Source: Promethearchaeia archaeon (lineage in GTDB: Archaea; Asgardarchaeota; Lokiarchaeia; Sigyniarchaeales; SOKP01). From it: a stretch of DNA of 21,952 bases. The stretch spans positions 1 to 21,952 of the forward strand of contig JAHQWJ010000118.1 of the NCBI GenBank assembly GCA_029856125.1, given 5' to 3'. Position 1 is the stretch's first letter; every line of letters begins with the position of its first letter. A program made the translations under genes and the position numbers. The notes beneath the pieces are model-generated. The model had not been told where the DNA came from, made no database searches, and saw only the letters and a list, made by a program, of their open reading frames with translations. Positions 9,428 to 18,126 of the stretch are shown here, piece after piece.

Positions 9428-9444
9428 GGGTGAGGTATTCGTAA

Positions 9445-9960
9445 ATGATTATGGAAGATCCTATTTTAAAAGATTATATCATTGGAGACATTATTAAAGA
9501 AGTTGAAGAAAAAGGGTTAAGGATTGAAAAAGATTATGTTGAACTCTTTATAGACAATTTTATTAGTGAATATGAAAGATTACCTAAAAAGAGTGAAATT
9601 AGTCCGATAGTTTCAAGTTACCTAAAAACTCTCGAAACAAAAAATTTTAAATCAGAAATTATAGAAACACCTCACAAATCATCAGAAGCTGAATCTTCTG
9701 AAGCTCCAAGCGTACCAATCATAAAAAAAAAAAATACATTGCTTAATTCTATAAAAAATGAAGGTCTTTTTGGCCGATCCGGAGATATCTTAACAATCCC
9801 AAAACCTCAAGGGCGTCGACTGTGTCCAATATGCGACGATGCAAATTGGTATAAAATACACGAATTAATTGATAAAAACGATATCATCTGCGACTATCCG
9901 AGGATTTATGGAAAGAAATACATCTGTAGTGGCTGTTCGTGCGTTTGGAAAGAGAAATAA
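9445..9960 (+). CDS. Hypothetical protein with C-terminal zinc ribbon
   Basis: CPIC...CSGC Cys pairs and a Ser/Glu/Pro-rich linker. SD GAGGT 8 nt before the ATG. Confidence 0.75.
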   Translation: MIMEDPILKDYIIGDIIKEVEEKGLRIEKDYVELFIDNFISEYERLPKKSEISPIVSSYLKTLETKNFKSEIIETPHKSSEAESSEAPSVPIIKKKNTLLNSIKNEGLFGRSGDILTIPKPQGRRLCPICDDANWYKIHELIDKNDIICDYPRIYGKKYICSGCSCVWKEK

Positions 9961-10137
9961 AATCACAATATTAACTATCCTCTTAATAAGTTGCTGTTAA
10001 TTCTCGATTTTAAAAAAAATGTTATTCTATTTTTAGATTATATCAAAACTATAATTTTTATATAGGTATAGATTTAAAATTATATTATATTATTTTAATG
10101 AATTTAAAGTATCAAAGATTAATTACGTGATTAATTT

Positions 10138-11097
10138 ATGGAAGCAGATTTAGCAATTATTTATAATCCCATTGCTGGGGGTTCTAAACAGGCAATACAG
10201 GATATAGAATACGCAAAAAAATGTTTGGATGATCTTAAACTGTCTTATAAATTATTCGAGACGGAGTATGCTGGACATGCCATTGAATTAGCGAGTCAAT
10301 TAGCTAAAGAAGGACATAAAGTTATTGGTGCGGGAGGTGATGGCACATGTAATGAAGTTATGCACGGCGTCATTAGTTCGAATTCTGGAGCTTTATGTGG
10401 GTTCATTCCTATGGGTTCAGGAAATGACATTCCGGCAGTTATCGGGATAACTCCTGACATAAAGAGAGCTTGTGAAATTATCGCAGAAGGTTATTCAAGT
10501 AAATCAGATATAGGATTTGCTAAGACAGATCAAGGTGTTGAACGATATTTTTTAGGTATTGGATCACAAGGCTTCGATGCGGAGGTAGCGAAAAGGGCAA
10601 ACGAAAACCAAGAAAAAAACTACAATTCTATCGTTATTAAGACACTATTCAAATGGAAAAGCAAAAAAATAAGAGTTGTGATGGATAACGACATTTTCGA
10701 AGGAATGGCTAACCTAACCGCAGTAGGAAATGGAGGTGCATACGGTGGAGGAATGTATGTATGTCAGAAAGCAAGTGTAGAAGATGGACTATTTGACATA
10801 AGCGTTGTTGATATTGGTAAGTTTAAATTACTATTTCAATTTAAAAGAATGTATAGTGCCTCGTTATTACCACACCCTGATGTATTTGAGTATCAGAGCA
10901 AAAATGTGCGAATAGAAATGGCAAAATCGGAAGATGATCCTTATCTTTGCCAAGTTGACGGTGAAGTGTTAGGTCCATTGCCCGTTACCTATGAAACAAT
11001 TAAAGATGGTTACGAATTTATTCGTCCAAAAACCAATGAAGTCGCAGAAGCCTTTAAAGAAAAGTACGGTCATTATTTTTACGAATGTGATCATTAA
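10138..11097 (+). CDS. Diacylglycerol kinase-family (YegS/DgkB-like) lipid kinase
   Basis: Motifs IYNPIAGG, TEYAGHA, GGDGT, PMGSGND, GNG...YGGG and QVDGE. Confidence 0.92.
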   Translation: MEADLAIIYNPIAGGSKQAIQDIEYAKKCLDDLKLSYKLFETEYAGHAIELASQLAKEGHKVIGAGGDGTCNEVMHGVISSNSGALCGFIPMGSGNDIPAVIGITPDIKRACEIIAEGYSSKSDIGFAKTDQGVERYFLGIGSQGFDAEVAKRANENQEKNYNSIVIKTLFKWKSKKIRVVMDNDIFEGMANLTAVGNGGAYGGGMYVCQKASVEDGLFDISVVDIGKFKLLFQFKRMYSASLLPHPDVFEYQSKNVRIEMAKSEDDPYLCQVDGEVLGPLPVTYETIKDGYEFIRPKTNEVAEAFKEKYGHYFYECDH

Positions 11098-11124
11098 ATT
11101 GAGCGTATTAAATTAAATAGTATA

Positions 11125-11745
11125 ATGCCTGACTGGGACAACGTTTTTGCTGAAAAGGGTAAATATTTTACCACACCACACCCTGATATGGAGAGGTTAG
11201 CGAATTTATTTAGGGAAAAAGGGGTACGGCGAATCTTAGACTTAGGTTGCGGAACTGGACGGCATCTTCTATTTTTATTGAAAAAAGGATTCGAAGTTTA
11301 TGGTCTTGATGGGTCTCCGAATGGTTTGGAAATCGCAGAAAATTGGCTAACTGAGGAAAATCTATCTTCAGAATTAACTTGTCAAAAAGTTGAGCATGAG
11401 TTTCCATATAAAAATGATTTTTTTGATGCTGTTATCTCAATTCAAGTAATTCACCATAATTTAATGAAAGACATTAAGTTTACTGTCAATGAAATATTGC
11501 GCACCTTAAAAACAGAAGGCTTTATATTTCTTACAGTCCCTTTAAGCCAAGCTTTCTATGTAAAGAAAAGCAATATGAAGAAAGTCGAGTTAAGAACTTA
11601 TATTCCCTTAGTAGGCCAAGAAAAGGGACTCCCACATCATTTTTTTACGGTCGCAGAAATTAAAAAAGTTTTCAGCGCTTTTAATTTATCTGAAATATAT
11701 ATCGATGAGACTAACCATCGTGCAATCTTAGGTCAGAAAATTTAA
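11125..11745 (+). CDS. Class I SAM-dependent methyltransferase
   Basis: Motif I ILDLGCGTGRH, plus GLDGS, FDAVISIQVIHH and LKTEG. Confidence 0.9.
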   Translation: MPDWDNVFAEKGKYFTTPHPDMERLANLFREKGVRRILDLGCGTGRHLLFLLKKGFEVYGLDGSPNGLEIAENWLTEENLSSELTCQKVEHEFPYKNDFFDAVISIQVIHHNLMKDIKFTVNEILRTLKTEGFIFLTVPLSQAFYVKKSNMKKVELRTYIPLVGQEKGLPHHFFTVAEIKKVFSAFNLSEIYIDETNHRAILGQKI

Positions 11746-11773
11746 AAGTAATATTTTTTTCTCGAAATACTAT

Positions 11774-12943
11774 TTATGATTTAGGTATTTTTTTTTTTAA
11801 TCGTGAACGCAAGACTAATACAACAACAGCGATACCTACTATTGGCAAACTAACCATTAGCAATATTAATAGCTCACTGTCTAAAAGGTTAAAATCATCG
11901 CCCCATGGAAAATTTCCTTGATATTGATCGGTTGTATCATAGTAATTATTATAGATGAATTGTTCTACAGTTTTTCCAGTGATTTCTAGACTTGTGTTTG
12001 AAATGTGAGAGATATCATCGTCAGTAGTATGGTGATAAGGCCATTCAGCAGGTTGATTCCAAAATTTAATTATCAAATCAGCAGAAGGTATTCCATAATT
12101 TAGAAATGGGACATGATCATCGGATATAGTCCCCACAATTGGGTTGGAAGGAAATGCGCTTGTATAATTCAGTTCCCTTCCAATTTCAAAGAGTTCATCC
12201 AATAATGAGGATGTTGAGTGTTGCTCGTTAATAAAACGCAAATTTGTTCCTCCAACCATATCTAATAGAATCATAGCGTCAAAATCTTCTTTTGACGAAT
12301 TGTAAAAATTGTCAATTTCAAGAACAAATTGCGTAGAACCTTCGATCCAATCCCATCCTGAAATTCCAACTCCTACATCGGTCCCTTGATCTTCAGCGTC
12401 AAAGAATAGAAACCAGATTTGAACAGCCAGATTATTCATTCGACTATACAGAACTTCAGCAAGTTCTATAAGAACAGCGCATCCACTAGCGCCATCGTTT
12501 GCTCCAGGGACGGGGGAATCTGGATTTGTCGAGTCTTTTGTAGCCTTAGCTCTAGAGTCGTAATGAGCGCCTAAAATTACGATATTTGTATAATTTTCGT
12601 TCATCTTAAAGAGAACGTTCTGACATTCTACTGATTGAATTGTGAAATTATGAAGCATGAAATTAATCGTTGGATCGATTTCTTGAAATTTAGTTATAAA
12701 ATATTGCGCGCAATCTTCTCTCCCTTGAGTACCAGGTGTTCTAAAAGTAGTTGTATTGATGTTTAATTGGTCAGCTACATAAGTGTAGGCAGTATCGCCA
12801 TTGAAGTGTAATTCAATATCAATGTTTGTGATCTCGCTATCATTGAAAAAAAGGAAAATTGGAATAACGATAGGAATAACTACCATTAACGCAATAAAAG
12901 CGATTAGAGTAAGTTTGTAATTTTTTTTTATTAAAAACACCAC
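11774..12943 (-). CDS. M28-family Zn peptidase / glutaminyl cyclase-like protein, membrane anchored
   Basis: GAHYDSR, GANDGASG, FFDAED, LLDMVG, DDHVPF and YHHTTDD. N-terminal hydrophobic segment and C-terminal TM with a basic tail. Confidence 0.88.
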   Translation of the reverse strand: MVFLIKKNYKLTLIAFIALMVVIPIVIPIFLFFNDSEITNIDIELHFNGDTAYTYVADQLNINTTTFRTPGTQGREDCAQYFITKFQEIDPTINFMLHNFTIQSVECQNVLFKMNENYTNIVILGAHYDSRAKATKDSTNPDSPVPGANDGASGCAVLIELAEVLYSRMNNLAVQIWFLFFDAEDQGTDVGVGISGWDWIEGSTQFVLEIDNFYNSSKEDFDAMILLDMVGGTNLRFINEQHSTSSLLDELFEIGRELNYTSAFPSNPIVGTISDDHVPFLNYGIPSADLIIKFWNQPAEWPYHHTTDDDISHISNTSLEITGKTVEQFIYNNYYDTTDQYQGNFPWGDDFNLLDSELLILLMVSLPIVGIAVVVLVLRSRLKKKIPKS

Positions 12944-13010
12944 TATGATGTTGTTTAAAATTACTAAATATTATCATACAAAATTAAAATAAAAAATAAA
13001 TAATTTGTTT

Positions 13011-13436
13011 TTAGGCGGGTTCAAAACCCAGATCGGTTTTAACTTCACCTTTGAGTTTATTTTCTAAGAACTTAACCTTTAGAGACATGCCGATTTTAAT
13101 AGTATCAGGATTGATTGCATCTACACCAACTAATTGAGCTGAGACCATTGGACCCTCTTCTAGTTTAATAACTGAAAAACAATAGGGTTTATTTCTATCG
13201 TATCCTAGTTCTATAAAGTAGGGCGTACCTACTGTAATTGAAGTGAATGCCGCAAGTTCGCCTTTTCCTGATAATGGTACCCATTCCATATTAAGTGAAT
13301 TACATGCTGTGCATAATTTTCTAACGGGAACATACATGGTACCGCAATCTTTGCATTTTGAGCCCATAAGTTTCTTATTTTGAATAAATTCTAAATAGTT
13401 TTGAATTGTAAATTCTTTTTCTTCTGCTTCTGTCAT
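13011..13436 (-). CDS. DUF35 Zn-ribbon/OB-fold acyl-CoA-binding protein (thiolase partner)
   Basis: CKDCG...PVRKLCTAC, SGKGELAAFT and KLEEGP. It lies 14 nt downstream of the thiolase. Confidence 0.92.
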   Translation of the reverse strand: MTEAEEKEFTIQNYLEFIQNKKLMGSKCKDCGTMYVPVRKLCTACNSLNMEWVPLSGKGELAAFTSITVGTPYFIELGYDRNKPYCFSVIKLEEGPMVSAQLVGVDAINPDTIKIGMSLKVKFLENKLKGEVKTDLGFEPA

Positions 13437-13450
13437 TTCTTCTCATCACC

Positions 13451-14710
13451 TTATTTTTCATAGATAGTGACAACACACGTGGCGCCACTACCTCCTAAGT
13501 TATGTGTTAATGCCCGTTCGACATCAAATTTTACTTGTCTATTTCGTTCTGCTCTTCCCCTCATTTGTTTAAAGATTTCTACCGCTTGAGCAGCCCCAGT
13601 AGCACCAACAGGATGACCTTTTGATTTTAATCCTCCAGAAGTGTTTATGGGTCTTGCTCCATCTCGTTTAGTTTCTCCATCTTTCACCGCCTGAGCGGCT
13701 TTTCCTGCCTCATAAAATCCTAAATCTTCTAAAGCAATAAGTTCTGCTATAGTAAAACAATCGTGAAGTTCTGCTATTTGAATATCTTCTGGTCCATATC
13801 CTGACATTTCATAAGCTTGCCTTGCTGCCTCTCTAGTGGCTACGAAACCTGTTAGATCATCTCTATCGTGAATGGATAGCGCAGCGCTTCCTTGACCCGT
13901 TCCAGAAATCCAAATTGGGGTATCTGTATATTTTTTAGCAACCTCTTCGGCAGCAACAAAGACGCATGCAGCTCCATCTGTGACTAAACTACAATCATAC
14001 AGTCTTAAAGGATAAGCAATCATCGGATTTGAAGCACTTTTAAGATAATCAAATTCATCTTTCCAATCAGGAAGTTCTTTTCCTTGTTGTTCCAACTTCT
14101 TTAATTTGCGTTGCATCATTTCAGCGATAGATCTTTGCATTTGAGCAAATGGATTTTCAACTCCGTTTTCATGATTTTTAATACCTATCCTCATTAAATC
14201 TTCTGAAGTTGTTCCATATTTGTGAAAATGAGCTGTTGCAACAGTAGCATATAACCCTGGAAATGTTGCTCCTGCAGGATATTCAAAAAGGGCATCACTT
14301 GCCGTAGCTAATGCGTCTGTTACTAAACTTGTTGGAAGTTCGTTCATACATTCAACTCCTGCGACAGCGATAACATCATGAATACCGGAAGCTACTGCAA
14401 TAACTGCCTGTCTTAAAGCAATTCCCGAACTAGCACATGCTCCTTCAAATCTAGATGCGGGTTTGGGTGTTAAACCCACCAGGTTAGCCATCTGAGGACC
14501 CAAATGACCTTGGTGATTAAATAAATCTGAAGAATAATTTCCAACATATGTTGCATCTACATCTTTTGGTTCTATACCATTGTCAACTGATTTAACTGCA
14601 TCGACCCATGCATCTACCCAGAGATCAGGATTCCGTTTGAGGGGGTATAGGCGTCCAAACTGCGACATCCCAGCCCCTACGATAGCAACTCGTTTTGATA
14701 ATTTTCCCAT
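13451..14710 (-). CDS. Thiolase (SCP2/archaeal-type acetyl-CoA acyltransferase)
   Basis: Catalytic Cys in EGACASS, plus ELHDCF, NTSGGLKSKGHPVGATG and HNLGG. Confidence 0.93.
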   Translation of the reverse strand: MGKLSKRVAIVGAGMSQFGRLYPLKRNPDLWVDAWVDAVKSVDNGIEPKDVDATYVGNYSSDLFNHQGHLGPQMANLVGLTPKPASRFEGACASSGIALRQAVIAVASGIHDVIAVAGVECMNELPTSLVTDALATASDALFEYPAGATFPGLYATVATAHFHKYGTTSEDLMRIGIKNHENGVENPFAQMQRSIAEMMQRKLKKLEQQGKELPDWKDEFDYLKSASNPMIAYPLRLYDCSLVTDGAACVFVAAEEVAKKYTDTPIWISGTGQGSAALSIHDRDDLTGFVATREAARQAYEMSGYGPEDIQIAELHDCFTIAELIALEDLGFYEAGKAAQAVKDGETKRDGARPINTSGGLKSKGHPVGATGAAQAVEIFKQMRGRAERNRQVKFDVERALTHNLGGSGATCVVTIYEK

Positions 14711-14850
14711 TTTTTCTACCTTTAATTATTTATTATTTATTATTTTAAAAACTATTAAATTGAATTTTCGAATTATTTTATTTCTTATTCTTTCTCTTCT
14801 GAATAGTTTTTTTACACTTCTACGATAAGTAAATAAAAAAAGCGGAACCA

Positions 14851-16089
14851 CTATTCGTGGAAGAATTTGAACAGAAACCAGATTTCAACAAGAATCCCTA
14901 TAGATGTTATAATAAAGGGGGCTAAATAATGGACATTTTCTATTAAAAGAGCCCCTATTATACCCGTTGGAATAAATGCTACGCCCCTAATAAATGCGAC
15001 AACTCCATACGATTCCGCCTTCTTATTTTTTCCTAAATCTGTAAGGATAATCTGCTCCGATGGAATAAATGTAACTATTGAAAAAGCAAAGATTATATGA
15101 GCCACCACAAGAGACGGTATTAGAAAAAACTTCATTCCATTAGACCACAATATCGAGGCTATAATATTTATTATAAAAAAAATTAAACCCGTTATTGCGC
15201 TTAAAATTAAAGATTTCTTTTTACCGAGCTTATCAGTGATACGCCCAGCGGGAATCTGGAATAACATATTTGTAATATTCATCCAAATAATTATGAAAGA
15301 TATTTCCATAGGTGTTAAATGGTAATAGTCGCTTAATCCTCCGTTGTAAATGGAAAGAGAGATTCCATAAATGAAAATATCTAATGTAAAAAAAATAAGG
15401 ATCGATCTCATCCTTGGATTCTTAAATAAATTCAGCCATATCTTTTCCTTTTCACCGTGAAGTTCCTCATTTAATAATGCGTCAGTTTTTTGTTCTTTCC
15501 ATTTAGTTGATAGGAATAATGAGAATATTAAACCTTCTACTATTAATATTCCCATAAATAACAAAAAGAAAACGCGCGTATTAATTGATTGACCAAAAAT
15601 CACAAAGGCATTTCCACCGATGCTTCCAATAAAGAAAGAAAAAAATATAAGACCATACATCAATCCTTTCGACGACTCACTATTTTCGGCTACTAAGAAC
15701 TGACTATTCATGTTATTTAGGGTAAATCCCAAGAAGTATACGACTATTCCAAAAATTAAATAAAGGATATTATTTGAATCTGAAATGAAAATTAACACTA
15801 ATCCTAAAATATATAGTGGAATACTTGCGATAATTGTTGTTTTATGCCCTATCCGATCAGATAACTTACCTACTAAAGGCATGGGAAGAAATTGCATAAC
15901 ACTGCCTAAAGTAACTAAAACTCCAGTAATAAATAGTGAATTTGTAATGTCTAGTAGAAATGGTTGATACACAACGTTAAACATACTTGCTCCAAATCCA
16001 TGGATTAGTTTAGCGATGCATAGTGCTAAGATATTTCTACTCTTAACTCTTGAATTTCCTTTAGAAGTACTCAATTCATTCAAAGACAA
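14851..16089 (-). CDS. MFS transporter
   Basis: About 12 hydrophobic segments and motif A twice (GKLSDRIGHK, GRITDKLGKK). TTG start 7 nt after GGGGA. Confidence 0.92.
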   Translation of the reverse strand: MSLNELSTSKGNSRVKSRNILALCIAKLIHGFGASMFNVVYQPFLLDITNSLFITGVLVTLGSVMQFLPMPLVGKLSDRIGHKTTIIASIPLYILGLVLIFISDSNNILYLIFGIVVYFLGFTLNNMNSQFLVAENSESSKGLMYGLIFFSFFIGSIGGNAFVIFGQSINTRVFFLLFMGILIVEGLIFSLFLSTKWKEQKTDALLNEELHGEKEKIWLNLFKNPRMRSILIFFTLDIFIYGISLSIYNGGLSDYYHLTPMEISFIIIWMNITNMLFQIPAGRITDKLGKKKSLILSAITGLIFFIINIIASILWSNGMKFFLIPSLVVAHIIFAFSIVTFIPSEQIILTDLGKNKKAESYGVVAFIRGVAFIPTGIIGALLIENVHYLAPFIITSIGILVEIWFLFKFFHE

Positions 16090-16287
16090 TTATTAATCCC
16101 CGTAACTAAGTTTCTATAATATTTTGTATCTCAAGAATGTTTTGGTTTATGTTTTAGCTGTTTCATTTACATATTTATGATAAATAGTAATACTCTAAAA
16201 CACGCAAAATGTATCGTTATTAACTTCTATTCAATGCCAGTATTTTAAGCATCAAAATTTTTATCTGTCAATTCATTATTTGATTTT

Positions 16288-16719
16288 ATGTCATTAGAAC
16301 CCGTAAAATTTGATGATTATAAGATTGGAGACTCTGCAAAATTCACGAAAATTATAACAGAGGAAGATGTAATGAAATTCGCTGAAGTTACTGGGGATTT
16401 CAACCCTATTCATGTAAATCCTGAATACGCAAAGACTCAAATGTTTGGGAAACAAGTTGCGCATGGAGCTTTGAGCTCAGGGTTAATCTCAGCAGTTTTA
16501 GGAACTAAATTATTTGGTCCGGGCATATTATATGGTGGACAAACTGTTAAGTTCATAAAACCCGTGTTTTTTGGTGATACACTAACCGCTATTGGTACAG
16601 TAAAAGAAAAATTTACTAAAAAAGATGGCAAACTAAAATTCATCATTGCTGAGACAATTGTAAAAAATCAGAATGATGAAGTTGTTACTTCGGGAGAAGG
16701 TACAATAGTATTTATGTAA
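16288..16719 (+). CDS. MaoC-family (R)-specific enoyl-CoA hydratase (hotdog fold)
   Basis: Hydratase motif FAEVTGDFNPIH, plus VAHG, GPG and FIKPVFFGD. Confidence 0.92.
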   Translation: MSLEPVKFDDYKIGDSAKFTKIITEEDVMKFAEVTGDFNPIHVNPEYAKTQMFGKQVAHGALSSGLISAVLGTKLFGPGILYGGQTVKFIKPVFFGDTLTAIGTVKEKFTKKDGKLKFIIAETIVKNQNDEVVTSGEGTIVFM

Positions 16720-16721
16720 AC

Positions 16722-16740
16722 TTTTTTCTTTTTTTTTTCT
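16722..16740 (+). terminator. Long oligo-T terminator after the MaoC gene
   Basis: TTTTTTCTTTTTTTTTTCT immediately after the stop codon. Confidence 0.6.
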
Positions 16741-16860
16741 ACTTTGCTTAACTTAACTGATTATTTCATATATTTATTTTTAATGAAAAAACACAAAAGT
16801 AAATATTTGTCGAACTTAATTTTATTAATAGTTAAAGAGGTTGAAAAAAGAAAATAGAAA

Positions 16861-18108
16861 ATGGAACACGAAGATAAAATTTATAATATGTTAAAATGTG
16901 AACATTGTGGATATAATTTTGTAGCCCCTTATCAAAAAGATTGTGTCTGTAGAAATTGTAATCTTTTTTCGATCAAAATTTTTCGATTTATGTACGGAAA
17001 GTACAATCTATTTACTGAAGTAGGACCTAAAGCTCTTAAAATCGAATCGATAAAAAATATTAATAGAACAAAAAAGAAAAAGGTTCCAAAAATAGAACCT
17101 AAAGCTCTTAAAATCGAATCGTATAAAAATTTAAGTAGAACAGAAAAAAAAAAGATTCCCAAGAACCTATTTTTTTACGGAATTGTTTCAAAAGAGAGAA
17201 TTCCTATATATTATAACAATAGAAAATCTAAGTATATTTTAGAGTTAACAAATAATTTAGATTTTATTTCTAAGAGTATTTTATCTGGAACGCTTGACAA
17301 AATGTTGATAATTTTAGGAAACGAGGACGAAGGAGAAGAAAAAAAGTTAATCGCTCGTTTTTTTGAGAAAAATGGAGTTATACACATTCTCATAGGAAAT
17401 TTTTCAGATAAAGATAGCGATTGGATATTCAATCAAGTTTCATGGTTTTTCAATGATATGGTACATAAGGATAAAATTAATATTAAAAAATTGGCTAATA
17501 TTGATAAACGCCAGATGTCTATTAAAATAAATATATTTTTAGATTATATAGAAGAAGCAGTCAAATTAAAAGTCAAATTCGAGAAACCAAATTTTAATTA
17601 TATAGATAACTGGCTCAGATTAGACTATTTTGGAATATCATCTGAAACGGTTGGTGTTATTTCGCTTATGTTAGATAAAGAGGATGTTTTAAAATTTGAA
17701 AAGCAAAAACAATTTGAACTTGATTCTGAAAACAATATTTCTGAAGAAGAACGAGAGAAAAAAGAAATTGAAATTATTGATTATAGAGAAGCAGTCTTGA
17801 CTGCAAAAATTGAAGCAATTATAGCAATAATTCTTGGAAACATGAAGGGTTATCCAAGATGGATTTCAATAAAATCAGGTTTCCAAAAATATCGTTTTTT
17901 ATCGTTTAAAAAACTCGAAAATCGGTTCTTTTTATATTGTATTACAGAAGGAAATATTGAAAAACTAGAATCTTTGGAATCATCTCTTGATTTGCATTTA
18001 AAAGATGTAGTATCGAATAGATTTACTAGTTCACTAAAGATTTTTAATGAAATGAAAAATAAAATTCGAACCACTATAGAGACTATTCCAGAAAGAAAGC
18101 ATTATTAA
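16861..18108 (+). CDS. Hypothetical protein: N-terminal Zn ribbon, Lys-rich repeat linker, two putative longin-like domains
   Basis: CEHC...CVCRNC, a 24-aa tandem repeat, then two segments with a beta-beta-alpha-beta-beta-beta-alpha-alpha hydrophobicity pattern. The fold call is inference. Confidence 0.6.
   Translation: MEHEDKIYNMLKCEHCGYNFVAPYQKDCVCRNCNLFSIKIFRFMYGKYNLFTEVGPKALKIESIKNINRTKKKKVPKIEPKALKIESYKNLSRTEKKKIPKNLFFYGIVSKERIPIYYNNRKSKYILELTNNLDFISKSILSGTLDKMLIILGNEDEGEEKKLIARFFEKNGVIHILIGNFSDKDSDWIFNQVSWFFNDMVHKDKINIKKLANIDKRQMSIKINIFLDYIEEAVKLKVKFEKPNFNYIDNWLRLDYFGISSETVGVISLMLDKEDVLKFEKQKQFELDSENNISEEEREKKEIEIIDYREAVLTAKIEAIIAIILGNMKGYPRWISIKSGFQKYRFLSFKKLENRFFLYCITEGNIEKLESLESSLDLHLKDVVSNRFTSSLKIFNEMKNKIRTTIETIPERKHY
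17025..17163 (+). repeat. 72-bp in-frame tandem duplication (about 2 units)
   Basis: ACCTAAAGCTCTTAAAATCGAATCG (25 nt) is identical at 17025 and 17097. It encodes PKALKIESIKNINRTKKKKVPK and PKALKIESYKNLSRTEKKKIPK. Confidence 0.9.
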
Positions 18109-18126
18109 AATGCTCCGAGTAAAATA

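Noticed and set aside
9394-9428. CTGATGAG (minus) / TGATGA (plus) as a hammerhead ribozyme core or C/D-box sRNA
   Set aside because: No GAAA after a stem II for a hammerhead, and no suitably placed CTGA D box.
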